Source: an uncultured Bacteroidales bacterium (lineage in GTDB: Bacteria; Bacteroidota; Bacteroidia; Bacteroidales; VadinHA17). Taken from it: a stretch of DNA of 64,000 nt. The first letter of the stretch is position 1; each line of letters starts with the position of its first letter. The stretch spans positions 70,291 to 134,290 of the forward strand of contig CAVTDE010000008.1 of assembly GCA_963733455.1 (NCBI GenBank), written 5' to 3'. Below are positions 19,143 to 28,570 of this stretch, piece after piece. The translations under genes and the position numbers were made by a program. The notes below the pieces were generated by a model. That model was not told the origin of the DNA and made no database searches. It saw only the letters and a program-made list of their open reading frames with translations.

Positions 19143-20588
19143 ATGAAAACTTTTTTATCGGGGGCAATTATTGGTATCCTCTCCCTCCTGTTTATAAACT
19201 GGACACAAATACAAAGGGGAACAAGAGCGGAAATGCTAAAATACGCTCTTATCAAAAAAGACCTTAATTCCGCTCTCGAATTAGTAAAGAATATCGATTC
19301 AGTTAATTATAAAGACCAGGAGGGTTTGAGCCTCCTTATGTATGCATCTGAATTTGGTTTCACTGAAGTATGCAGGATATTAATTGAAAAGGGCGCAAAT
19401 ATTAATTTTCAAAGCACAATGGGTGTTAGCGCCCTCATCCTGGCATCTCAAAACGGGAATGTGGCGGTTGTCAGATTATTGCTTGAAAATGGTGCAATTC
19501 CTGACCTGAGGGAGTTTCGTTTTAAAACAACTGCACTTATTCAGGCATGTCAGAATGGACATGCGGAAGTGGCGAAGCTTATACTTGATAAAGGGGCACA
19601 GGTCGATTTGCATAGGAATAATGGGACAAGTGCCCTCATGTCAGCTTGTATAACAGGGCATACAGATATCGTAAGTTTGTTGCTGGACAACGGGGCAAAT
19701 ACTGAATTAAGAGGGTCTCAGGGAGTTAATGCACTTATCCTGGCTTCACGCAGCGGCTACTCTGATATTGTAAAATTGTTACTTGACAGGGGAGCAAACC
19801 CGGATCTGACATGTGCCGACGGGGCTACCTCTTTGATCTGGGCCTCAATAAATGGTCACTCAAATGTTGTAAACATATTACTTGAAAAAGGAGCTGATCC
19901 CGATCTGGCGAGTGCCGACGGTTCCACAGCCCTGATATGGGGATCATTGAAGAATCAGACTGAGGTAGTAAAAATATTGACTGAAAAAGGAGCTGATCCG
20001 GATCTGAAGCGACACGACGGAGCAAATGCTCTTATACTTGCAGTAAGGGACAGGCTGGCAGGTATAGTAAAAATTCTGCTTGACAACAGGGCAGATATTA
20101 ATTTTCAAACCCTCCAGGGAATATCGGCTCTGATGCTGGCTTCACAAAACAGAGATTTAGAAGTAGTTAAGTTACTCCTTGCAAAAGATGCAAATACGAA
20201 TCTGCAGTCCTCCGACGGATCTACAGCTCTACTGGAAGCTTCCGGGAACGGAGATACTGATATAGTAAGGATGTTGCTTGAAAAAGGCGCACAACCTGAT
20301 CTGCAGAGAAATGACGGAATAACTCCACTGATGCGTTCTTCCATGAACGGGCATACTGAGGTCATAAAACTTTTACTCGATAAAGGTTCTAATATTAATT
20401 CACAAAGTAAGAGTGGATTCACTGCTCTGATAGCTGCCTGTCTGAACGGCCGGGCTGATGAGGTGAAACTGTTACTTGAAAAGGGTGCAGATCCGGATCT
20501 TAAGACACTGGACGGGAAAACTGCTGCTGACTACGTTGTAAGCGATACTATAAAGAATTTGCTTGCCAAAGCAAAAAGCAATGAATAA
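19143..20588 (+). CDS. Ankyrin-repeat protein with an N-terminal membrane anchor or signal
   Basis: 481 aa with N-terminal hydrophobic FLSGAIIGILSLLFINW. About a dozen 33-aa ankyrin units follow (G.SALILASQNGH..VVKLLLEKGADPDL). Confidence 0.9.
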   Translation: MKTFLSGAIIGILSLLFINWTQIQRGTRAEMLKYALIKKDLNSALELVKNIDSVNYKDQEGLSLLMYASEFGFTEVCRILIEKGANINFQSTMGVSALILASQNGNVAVVRLLLENGAIPDLREFRFKTTALIQACQNGHAEVAKLILDKGAQVDLHRNNGTSALMSACITGHTDIVSLLLDNGANTELRGSQGVNALILASRSGYSDIVKLLLDRGANPDLTCADGATSLIWASINGHSNVVNILLEKGADPDLASADGSTALIWGSLKNQTEVVKILTEKGADPDLKRHDGANALILAVRDRLAGIVKILLDNRADINFQTLQGISALMLASQNRDLEVVKLLLAKDANTNLQSSDGSTALLEASGNGDTDIVRMLLEKGAQPDLQRNDGITPLMRSSMNGHTEVIKLLLDKGSNINSQSKSGFTALIAACLNGRADEVKLLLEKGADPDLKTLDGKTAADYVVSDTIKNLLAKAKSNE

Positions 20589-20610
20589 AATTAAATCTTT
20601 TGAAATCCTG

Positions 20611-21489
20611 CTATTGAATTTCAGGTTTACCCCACCATTCAGGGTGGATGAGGATCTCAATCCTGTCGCCTGGTTTGCTTTTTACCAGTTTTTTTAATAT
20701 GCCCTGAAATCCTTCAGGATCATTCCATTTCCCGCCTGAATCGGAATAATAATATTTGAAATCAATGAAATAAGCTTCATATTTAAAGCCAAAATCCCTT
20801 AGGCTTTTTATTCCCAAAGGAAATTTGTTATTAAGAAATTTTACTGAATCCTTCTTTGCAAAGTCGGAAAAGATCTGATAGTTGGGGACAGTATTCTTTG
20901 CAATTAATGAACCGTGCGATGCGGTTCCATAGACGGGTATTTTCAGGGACTTGTAAAATGCCAGTTCGTCCCTGGTAAAACTATATGGGTCAATTCCATA
21001 TAAGATCATCATTGTAAGAAGGTCATTATGAATACCTATCTCGGCTCCTGCGTCAGAAAGCTGCCTGTAAAGGGCACACATTGCAGGATATCTGATTATA
21101 TGTGACCTGCTTACATATCCGTAATAATCGGCTGTTGCCCGGATAAAATAAGTTGCCCGGATTGAGTAATGATTCTCGATAGTGGCCATTTCAAGGGCTT
21201 TAAAAGGATTATTGTCGACGTCATGTCTCAATCCTATTACAACTTTTGAAGAATAATAATGATCCCTCATTTCATTAAGAGGTAATACAACAAATTTATC
21301 ATTTGAAATTGCCTGAAGAAATTCTTTATACTGGTCCCAGCTGAAAACGGCCTTTTTGTCAAATTCAGACCTTATCTCCTTCTCGATCTTTGTATATGAA
21401 GTATCAATTTCAGTATCGGGTATTTTTATGCAACCGACAAGAATTGTGTAGAATATAGCAAGAATAAGATTTCGCCACAAATTAACCAT
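20611..21489 (-). CDS. Lipoprotein, polysaccharide-deacetylase-like (CE4 superfamily), tentative
   Basis: 292 aa with lipobox LVGC. GLRHDVDNNP...ATYFI and later GIHNDLL and HGS resemble the Asp/His metal-binding pattern of NodB-type folds. Confidence 0.4.
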   Translation of the reverse strand: MVNLWRNLILAIFYTILVGCIKIPDTEIDTSYTKIEKEIRSEFDKKAVFSWDQYKEFLQAISNDKFVVLPLNEMRDHYYSSKVVIGLRHDVDNNPFKALEMATIENHYSIRATYFIRATADYYGYVSRSHIIRYPAMCALYRQLSDAGAEIGIHNDLLTMMILYGIDPYSFTRDELAFYKSLKIPVYGTASHGSLIAKNTVPNYQIFSDFAKKDSVKFLNNKFPLGIKSLRDFGFKYEAYFIDFKYYYSDSGGKWNDPEGFQGILKKLVKSKPGDRIEILIHPEWWGKPEIQ

Positions 21490-21588
21490 TGATAATCAAT
21501 TTATTAATAAATTGAAACCCGGCATTTGACGCCTTCCCCACCATAATCTTTGAATATGTACAAAATTATTTCATTATACCCATGGCAT

Positions 21589-21631
21589 GATTAAATTCAG
21601 ATTAAATTGGATTTAAGAACAGATTAAAACA
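21589..21631 (+). promoter_or_regulatory. Four helically phased GATTAAA-type repeats
   Basis: GATTAAATTCA GATTAAATTG GATTTAAGAACA GATTAAAACA start at 21589, 21600, 21610 and 21622 (spacings 11, 10 and 12). They lie 100-140 bp upstream of the minus-strand gene start at 21489. Confidence 0.35.
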
Positions 21632-21696
21632 GGCCGAATGTGACCCCAACTTTAGGTATACGCTCGATGTTTTAAGTAGCAAGAAAATAACTTTGA

Positions 21697-21862
21697 GGGT
21701 GGTGAAATAGCCTTTTTTAACCGCAAAGCACGCTAAGAAGGCGCAAAGCGCGCAAAGTTAAAACATTAATAATTAGATCTTTGCGTGCCGATAGCTATCG
21801 GCATTTGCGTAAATCCTTCGAGATCTTTGCGGTTAAGGGATTTAGACTTTTTAAACAGCCCC
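21697..21862 (+). repeat. MITE-like hairpin repeat, family A, copy A2
   Basis: GGGTGGTGAAATAGCCTTTTTTAACCGCAAAGCACGC...GCCGATAGCTATCGGC...GGATTTAGACTTTTTAAACAGCCCC. The track ORF 21781..22062 runs through it and is probably spurious. Confidence 0.85.
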
Positions 21863-21897
21863 AAATTTTTTTAAGGAATAACAGATCTCTGTTGATT

Positions 21898-23277
21898 TCA
21901 ACTTACCTTATTCTGCCCGATTTCTGCCCCTTGTTTTATAAGCTGATCCCGAAGCCTTTCCACGTCAATTTCCTTAGGGGATTTTCCGGATTTTACGCTG
22001 AGTGCGGCAGCTGTGCCGGCTGCTTCTCCTATACACATCGTAGGTGCCATTGCTCTCCATGATTCATAGGATTGCTGATCCGATGAAATACATCTTCCTG
22101 CAACCAGCAACCCTTCAACCTTCTGTGGCAATAAACAACGGTATGGTATCTCATACCCGACATGTTTCAGATAACGCCTGTAGCCATAATAGTTAATAAT
22201 AGGGCACGCTGACATAGAAATTGAATCATCAAATTTTCTGCCCTCAATAGCATCTTCTGCAGTAGTCTGATAAAGTCCTTTTATAAATCTTGTTTGCCTT
22301 ATTCCCAGATGTGGAGCAGTCTCGATAATAGAAGCATTATCCAAAATAGGGGAAAGCCTTTTTTGCTCCTTTTTAAAATGTTCAAATACTGCTAATCTGG
22401 TCTCTATTTCGCTTCTCGTTAAGTTATCAGCATCTGTAACATCAAGGTCAGAGGCGGGACCCCAATAAAGAACAGAGTTTTTTGTTTTCGGACCACCGAT
22501 TTTATCAATATTTACTGCATCAACTCCGCCGACACGGTACATAAGACAATTTGCCAGATGTTTATCCTTCTCAACATCTGCCTGCCAGTATGGAACTCCG
22601 GCTTTGTAAGCCACGTCGGCATCTCCGCTGGCATCTATAATCACTTTACCGAATATGGCCTGCCGGCCGGAAATGTTTTCAATTATGATCCCCTCAATAT
22701 TATTCCCTTCCATAATTGATTCAACAAAAATCGTATGAAATAAAATCTTTACCCCTGCATCGTATAACATTTTAGTAAGCAGATACTTGGTCTTTTCACT
22801 ATCAATCGCATAACTATAAGAGAGTTTGCCTTTTTCTGTAGAGTAATCTTCCTGTTCGTACGAAGATTTTCCAAGTCCGTTTATTTCATTCAGCCTTAGA
22901 ATTACTTCTTCAGCAATCCCTCTGCTTGTCTGCAGGCTGTCCGGCTTAACCTGATTGCGATAGCCATTAATGTTTGTCATAAGGGAAGCAGTTGCGGTTC
23001 CTCCAAAAAAAGGAAATCTTTCAACTATAATTGTTTTTGCTCCGTTTCTTACGCTTGCAAGAGCGGCAGCAAATCCTGCAGGCCCTCCTCCTACCACAAT
23101 TACATCATACCTGCCATACACCTTCAGCTCTTTTTCAGGTTCCCTGAAGACATCAGGTGTACGTGAGGAAAACGTTTTAAGATTTTGTCCCGTGGACTTC
23201 CCGCCAATAAGTGAAAATGCACCTATGGCCAATGAGCTGTTCAGGAAACTTCGTCGGTTGATTCTTGCATGTTTCAT
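21898..23277 (-). CDS. Tat-exported FAD-dependent oxidoreductase
   Basis: MKHARINRRSFLNSSLAIGAFSL is a Tat signal. YDVIVVGGGPAGFAAALASVRNGAKTIIVER is an FAD dinucleotide-binding fold. Confidence 0.8.
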   Translation of the reverse strand: MKHARINRRSFLNSSLAIGAFSLIGGKSTGQNLKTFSSRTPDVFREPEKELKVYGRYDVIVVGGGPAGFAAALASVRNGAKTIIVERFPFFGGTATASLMTNINGYRNQVKPDSLQTSRGIAEEVILRLNEINGLGKSSYEQEDYSTEKGKLSYSYAIDSEKTKYLLTKMLYDAGVKILFHTIFVESIMEGNNIEGIIIENISGRQAIFGKVIIDASGDADVAYKAGVPYWQADVEKDKHLANCLMYRVGGVDAVNIDKIGGPKTKNSVLYWGPASDLDVTDADNLTRSEIETRLAVFEHFKKEQKRLSPILDNASIIETAPHLGIRQTRFIKGLYQTTAEDAIEGRKFDDSISMSACPIINYYGYRRYLKHVGYEIPYRCLLPQKVEGLLVAGRCISSDQQSYESWRAMAPTMCIGEAAGTAAALSVKSGKSPKEIDVERLRDQLIKQGAEIGQNKVS

Positions 23278-23590
23278 CGGAGTAAACTTAAGTGTAGAGA
23301 TTAACTATAAAATGATTTTGTCTGGTCAAATTTATGATTTATTCATAAACACAGCTGACAATCTTATAAAAAGCGTTCTTGCTGTGTCAGGTAATAAAAT
23401 ATTATCCCAGCTTGTCGGGGAGCTGACCAGAATTGTTTTTAGATGGATCAGGATGGATTCTTTTAGCCATGTTCTTGAAATAAAATTGGCATTATCTTTT
23501 TCAAGATGTAACTTTGATCAGTAGTTTGGTTGAAAGTATCAGAGATATTGATATCGGACACTTCTGTTAATTTCCTTAAACCTTTAAACA

Positions 23591-24904
23591 ATGGGGCACC
23601 TTGTCGGGAAAGAAGTATACCAGAAACTTGGGGACAAAATTGACAGTCTCTCTTACCGGGTAAATAAAAGCAAAGCACTCTTCAGCATTTTAAAGGAGCT
23701 TTATTCGACCGAAGAAGCTGAGCTGGTTGTAAGGATGCCCTATTCCCCATCTTCTGCTGATAAAATAGCGGAAGCTGCCAGGATGGAAACGGCCAAAGTG
23801 AACTCCCTCCTGGAAAGCCTGTGTACGAAAGGATTGGTTATGGATTTATGGTTAGGGAACCGATATTTTTACGTTCCCTCACCCCTTGTTATCGGAATCT
23901 TTGAACTCACTATGATGAGGGTGGGCGAAAATCTTGATACGAAAAAATGGGCAAAACTTTTCTTTGAATATATGAATGAAGAAAAGTCTATCGCTGTCAA
24001 CTTCGGAAAAGGACAGCAGATCTCGCCACTCAGGACAATGCCGCACGAAGGTACGATACTCGGGTCGGATTACACTGAAATACTCGACTATGAGAAGATA
24101 ACGCCTATAGTGGAATCAAATCAAAAGTTTGCAATCGGATTGTGTTCCTGCCGGCATGAAAAGCTCCATGCAGGAGAAAAAAAATGTGACATTCCATTGG
24201 AAACCTGTATCACTTTCGGTGCTAACGTAGATTTTATGATCAGGCATAACTTCGCAAAAAAAGCAACAAAAACCGAAGTTCTTGAGAGTATTGCCAGGTC
24301 AAAAGAATCAGGACTTGTATTCAGTTGCGATAATGTAAAAAACAATGTTTCATTTCTTTGCCAGTGCTGCGGATGTTGCTGTAACGTACTGCTTGGGCTT
24401 AAAAAATTTGGCTATCCGAATTCAATTGTCACTTCCAGTTTTATTGCCAACGTCAACATCAATACCTGCGAAGGGTGTGGAAAATGCTTTAAAGCATGCC
24501 CGATCGGAGCAATTGATATGGTCCCCTCAGAAAGCCCTGGAACCGGGAAAAAGAAGGAACCACGGATAAATACTGAAATCTGTATCGGGTGTGGTGTTTG
24601 TTCATTGAAATGCACAAAGACAGGATCATTGAAATTAATAAAGCGGAAAAAGAGAGTGATCCACCCGGAAACGACATTTGAACGGATTATTTTGCAGTGC
24701 CTTGAACGAGGCACTCTTCAGAACCAAATTTTTGGGAACCCCGAAAAGATTTCCCAGAAAATGATAAAAGGAATTTTAGGAGGATTTCTAAAGCTCACTC
24801 CGGTTAAAAAAGCTCTTATGAGCGATAAATTAAGATCATCATTCCTTGATGCAATGAAAAAAGGAACTATAAAACAGAACAGGGAATACATGCTCAGATT
24901 TTAA
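23591..24904 (+). CDS. 4Fe-4S dicluster-domain protein with an extra Cys-rich motif
   Basis: Two ferredoxin motifs (CEGCGKCFKACP and CIGCGVCSLKC). A dense cluster FLCQCCGCCCN lies upstream. The N-terminal about 90 aa look winged-helix-like. Confidence 0.75.
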   Translation: MGHLVGKEVYQKLGDKIDSLSYRVNKSKALFSILKELYSTEEAELVVRMPYSPSSADKIAEAARMETAKVNSLLESLCTKGLVMDLWLGNRYFYVPSPLVIGIFELTMMRVGENLDTKKWAKLFFEYMNEEKSIAVNFGKGQQISPLRTMPHEGTILGSDYTEILDYEKITPIVESNQKFAIGLCSCRHEKLHAGEKKCDIPLETCITFGANVDFMIRHNFAKKATKTEVLESIARSKESGLVFSCDNVKNNVSFLCQCCGCCCNVLLGLKKFGYPNSIVTSSFIANVNINTCEGCGKCFKACPIGAIDMVPSESPGTGKKKEPRINTEICIGCGVCSLKCTKTGSLKLIKRKKRVIHPETTFERIILQCLERGTLQNQIFGNPEKISQKMIKGILGGFLKLTPVKKALMSDKLRSSFLDAMKKGTIKQNREYMLRF

Positions 24905-24911
24905 TAAAAAA

Positions 24912-24933
24912 ACCCGGAGTTAAAACCCCGGGT
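24912..24933. terminator. Bidirectional terminator-like hairpin
   Basis: ACCCGG-AGTTAAAACC-CCGGGT sits between convergent stops at 24904 and 24956, preceded by an A-run. Confidence 0.45.
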
Positions 24934-24955
24934 CGATGATATATTAATATCTTAA

Positions 24956-26086
24956 TCAGTTAACATTATTTGTCACATTCTGAGCGGCAAGAGAGGCTGC
25001 CTGAAGTCCATCTGCTGTCTGAAGCGGGTTGGTCGCAGGTTTGGTGTATGCAACGGTTACAGCCTCACCTTTCAATACCGGACTTGAAAGGGTTAGCGAA
25101 ACTTTTTTGTCAGAAATAGCAACTGAACTGACAGTTCTTGCAACTCCGGCAACAGTTACTGCAAAAGCTGAAACATCAGGAACAATATTTGCCAGAGTAA
25201 GGCTATATGTCATTACCAGAATGGCAGGAGCTGCATTTTCAATGGATGAACTTACGTAAACGGGGAGGCTTTTAAGAACAAAATCCTGGGCTGTTTTATT
25301 CCCCGAAATTACTACAACTGCTTCAACACTGTCTGCAACATAGTTTTCCTTTGCTGCGAACATAGAATAAGTACCGGCGGGTACTCCGACAAATACATAG
25401 TGCCCTGATGCGTCTGTTAAAGCTGTAACCGGGTCTTCTGTACCTTTCTGAAGAGAAACTGTTGCATTTTCAATTCCAACCTTGTCAGGTGAATTGTCTG
25501 TAACATTACCTTCAATCCTGCCTGCTGTGGAATTGTTGGCGGCTCTTATGACTGGTTTAAAGATAAAACCGTTTTGCGCATTATGCCCCCTCATTACAAA
25601 AGATTGTGACAGATCAAAATCAAGGAGCAATTCGGCGGAAATACCACCCTCGACATGTACCGCAGGGCTTACAAATACTTTTATCCCGGTTTGTGCACCG
25701 CTGGGGACTTTCATGTTGAATGGTTCAGCAACATCTTTGAGTTTAAGATTTGCCTCATCGACAAAAAGTCTTACCAGATCGTAGTCCCCCTTCGGAATCA
25801 CGAGATTTACAAGTTCTTCGGTGATCCCGTTTCTCAGTTGAAAAATATCAATAGTTACCGGATTCATAAGTAATTCAATAAACGGATCTCCCTCATTCGC
25901 TCCTGCCTGCCGGATCTCAATTTTTGAGATGGTAACTGTAGCTGATTCAACAGAGCTGATATTGAAGGGATCGTCAGTGATCTTAACCGATAGCCTGCCC
26001 GGTCCGCCTGGGATTGTTGTTTCTGTTTTATTGCAGCCCGACATAAGTACAGCTGCGGCAAAGATTGCGAATAATAATTTCTTCAT
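24956..26086 (-). CDS. Lipoprotein: DUF4382-like N-domain, carboxypeptidase-regulatory-like domain and a C-terminal Ig-like repeat
   Basis: Lipobox LMSGC. LSVKITDDPFNISSVESATVTISKIEIR is DUF4382-like. GRIEGNVTD...ATVSLQ...TDASGHYVFVGVPAGTYSM is CarboxypepD_reg-like. Confidence 0.6.
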   Translation of the reverse strand: MKKLLFAIFAAAVLMSGCNKTETTIPGGPGRLSVKITDDPFNISSVESATVTISKIEIRQAGANEGDPFIELLMNPVTIDIFQLRNGITEELVNLVIPKGDYDLVRLFVDEANLKLKDVAEPFNMKVPSGAQTGIKVFVSPAVHVEGGISAELLLDFDLSQSFVMRGHNAQNGFIFKPVIRAANNSTAGRIEGNVTDNSPDKVGIENATVSLQKGTEDPVTALTDASGHYVFVGVPAGTYSMFAAKENYVADSVEAVVVISGNKTAQDFVLKSLPVYVSSSIENAAPAILVMTYSLTLANIVPDVSAFAVTVAGVARTVSSVAISDKKVSLTLSSPVLKGEAVTVAYTKPATNPLQTADGLQAASLAAQNVTNNVN

Positions 26087-26298
26087 AGTTTCCTGTTTTA
26101 TTATTATTGAATACGATCAAATATAAAAGCGTGAAGATGAATTTTTGATGAATTTTCAGGACAAAATAAATTTTCACCACTTAAGTACTAGCCCTGTTTA
26201 AAGCACCATACCCATCTTTTTCTCCGGTTCTTTTACTTTTCCTATTTATTCCTAACTTTAATCTGTTAGTTTTTATTCGATATTGTTCCTGGTACAAG

Positions 26299-26781
26299 AT
26301 GATGCCAATCAGCTTTGAAAATAAGAAAAGTCTTAATGCCAGATATCCTCCATCGGAACCTTGTTCGTGCAAAATTTGTGTCAATTACTGTCAACGGCCA
26401 GGTTGGTGGACCGTCGAAGAGGCAATTAAAGCCATTAATGAAGGACTGGCTTACCGTATGATGCTGGAGATTTCACCTGAACTTAATTTTGGAGTCTTGT
26501 CCCCCTCGTTCAAAGGAAATGAATGTAATTATGCTTTTCAAATATTCTCTAAGCAAGGGTGTACCTTTTTATCTAAAGGATTGTGCGAATTATTTGGCAC
26601 AGGGCTTCAACCGCTGGAGTGTCGTTTTTGTCATCATGACAGACAAGGGATGGGGATAAAATGTCATAAGGATATTGAAAAAGATTGGAATACTGAATAT
26701 GCAAAAAGATTGATAATCAGGTGGGGAAATATAACAGGATTCTGGCAACGACAAGGGTTATCGGTCAATGAGAAATCTTGA
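26299..26781 (+). CDS. Cysteine-cluster protein (YkgJ/UPF0153-like), tentative
   Basis: 160 aa with CSCKICVNYC near the N-terminus. Later GCTFLSKGLCELFGTGLQPLECRFCHH resembles the second Cys block of YkgJ-type proteins. Confidence 0.4.
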   Translation: MMPISFENKKSLNARYPPSEPCSCKICVNYCQRPGWWTVEEAIKAINEGLAYRMMLEISPELNFGVLSPSFKGNECNYAFQIFSKQGCTFLSKGLCELFGTGLQPLECRFCHHDRQGMGIKCHKDIEKDWNTEYAKRLIIRWGNITGFWQRQGLSVNEKS

Positions 26782-26809
26782 TAATAAATGACTTATTATT
26801 ATTGATTGA

Positions 26810-26997
26810 GGGGTTGTTGAAAAAGCCTTTTTTAACCGCAAAGCACGCTAAGAAGCGCAAAGGACGCAAAGCTAAAACAAATAATTTCAGCTCTTTGCGT
26901 GCCGATAGCTATCGGCATTTGCGTAAATCCTTCGCGATCTTTGCGCCTGCCTGGCCGGTAGGCAGGGTTAATGGATTTAGACTTTTTTAGCACCCCC
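26810..26997 (+). repeat. MITE-like hairpin repeat, family A, copy A3 (longest, all modules present)
   Basis: The termini GGGGTTGTTGAAAAAGCC and GACTTTTTTAGCACCCCC form imperfect inverted repeats (15/19). It contains both the GCCGATAGCTATCGGC and the CCTGCCTGGCCGGTAGGCAGG hairpins. Confidence 0.85.
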
Positions 26998-27052
26998 AAT
27001 CGATATATTTCTTAACTTAGTCATTCAAACCTTATTATTAACATAAGCTATA

Positions 27053-28570
27053 ATGGAAACAGACATCATAATAATCGGCGCAGGGATTTCTGGCTTATCA
27101 GCAGGTTGCTATGCACAGATGAATGGTTACAGGACCTCGATATATGAAATGCATAAAATACCCGGGGGATTGTGTACTGCCTGGCACCGGAAAGGTTATA
27201 CTTTCGATATCAGCATGCACATGCTTACAGGTTCAGTATCCGGTCCAATCCACAGGATGTGGGAAGAACTGGGTGTTGCCGGAAATTTTAAATTTTACTA
27301 CCATGACCATATTTCACAGATAGAAGGAATGGGTAAGAAGCTGAATTTCTCTACCAACCGGAAAAAACTTGAAGAGGATATGCTTGCTATTTCTCCTGTG
27401 GACGCTCAACTGATAAAGGAGTTTGTCAGTATTATCTTCGGCCCAGATATAATGAATGCTGCATCCCTGAAACCTGCTGAGCTTAAAAATATCATTGACA
27501 AAGTGAAGCCGATACCTGCTATTCTTCCTTTGTTGAAGGTTTTTTCCAGATACAACAAGGTGACAATCCAGCAATTTGCAGCCCGTTTTAAGGATCCGTT
27601 CCTTCGCGAAGCGGTAAGGTTTTTTATTGATTCTCCCGGCTGGCCTATGCCTCAGTTCCCGATGGCGGTTATGGCCGGTTTTGTAAAAAGCGGAGTTACC
27701 GAAGCTGGAGCACCGCTCGGAGGATCACAAAAGGTAGCATTTCATATAGCGAATCTTTATAAACACCAGGGTGGGGAGATCCATTATAACAGCCATGTTA
27801 CCGGCCTTATATTAGAAAATGACAGGGTAGCCGGGATCAGGCTGAAAGATGGTTCTGAGCACAGGGCAGACAGGGTGATCTGGGCTGGAGACGGACATAC
27901 ACTTATTTTCGATATCCTTGGAGGAAAATATATTAATGAAAGAATAAGGAATATGTATGAAAACTGGATACCTGTTAAACCGATTGTTCATGTGATGATC
28001 GGGGTAAACAGGGATCTTTCACAGGAACCTCACCGGATTGTCTTTGAGGCTGAAGAGCCAATCACAATAGCCGGCCGGGAACACAGGTGGATGACGGTGA
28101 TTCATCATTGTTTTGATAAATCCATGGCCCCTGCCGGTAAATCCGCCGTAGAAGTATGGTTTGATACCGAATATACATATTGGGAGGATCTCGCAGGTGA
28201 CCGGGAAAAATATAATTCTGAAAAACAACGTATTGCAGAGTATGCCATCAGACAACTTGAAAGACGCTGGCCCGGTTTCACTTCACAGATAGAGGTTACT
28301 GACGTCCCGACACCGGCAACCTATGTAAGGTACACAGGCAACTGGAAGGGCTCACCTGATGGATGGTATCTGACGCCTGATAACTTAAATGCCATGGAGC
28401 CGCTGCGAACCCTTCCCGGCCTCGAAGGATTGCATATGGCTGGTCAGTGGACAACAACGTTTTCAGGCACCGTAATGGCTGCCTTGTCAGGCCGGCAGGT
28501 AATTCAGTTGATGTGCAGCAAAGAGGGTAAAAAGTTTGTGTCGAATGCCGTAAAGGTACTTCCTGTTTAA
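27053..28570 (+). CDS. Phytoene-desaturase-family (CrtI-like) NAD(P)/FAD-dependent oxidoreductase
   Basis: METDIIIIGAGISGLSAGCYAQMNGYRTSIYE is a dinucleotide-binding fold. 505 aa with a C-terminal GQWT...GTV block typical of amine-oxidase/CrtI proteins. Confidence 0.8.
   Translation: METDIIIIGAGISGLSAGCYAQMNGYRTSIYEMHKIPGGLCTAWHRKGYTFDISMHMLTGSVSGPIHRMWEELGVAGNFKFYYHDHISQIEGMGKKLNFSTNRKKLEEDMLAISPVDAQLIKEFVSIIFGPDIMNAASLKPAELKNIIDKVKPIPAILPLLKVFSRYNKVTIQQFAARFKDPFLREAVRFFIDSPGWPMPQFPMAVMAGFVKSGVTEAGAPLGGSQKVAFHIANLYKHQGGEIHYNSHVTGLILENDRVAGIRLKDGSEHRADRVIWAGDGHTLIFDILGGKYINERIRNMYENWIPVKPIVHVMIGVNRDLSQEPHRIVFEAEEPITIAGREHRWMTVIHHCFDKSMAPAGKSAVEVWFDTEYTYWEDLAGDREKYNSEKQRIAEYAIRQLERRWPGFTSQIEVTDVPTPATYVRYTGNWKGSPDGWYLTPDNLNAMEPLRTLPGLEGLHMAGQWTTTFSGTVMAALSGRQVIQLMCSKEGKKFVSNAVKVLPV

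Noticed and set aside
22970-23524. 184-aa plus-strand ORF
   Set aside because: It is largely antisense to the N-terminal FAD-binding region of the Tat-FAD oxidoreductase gene.
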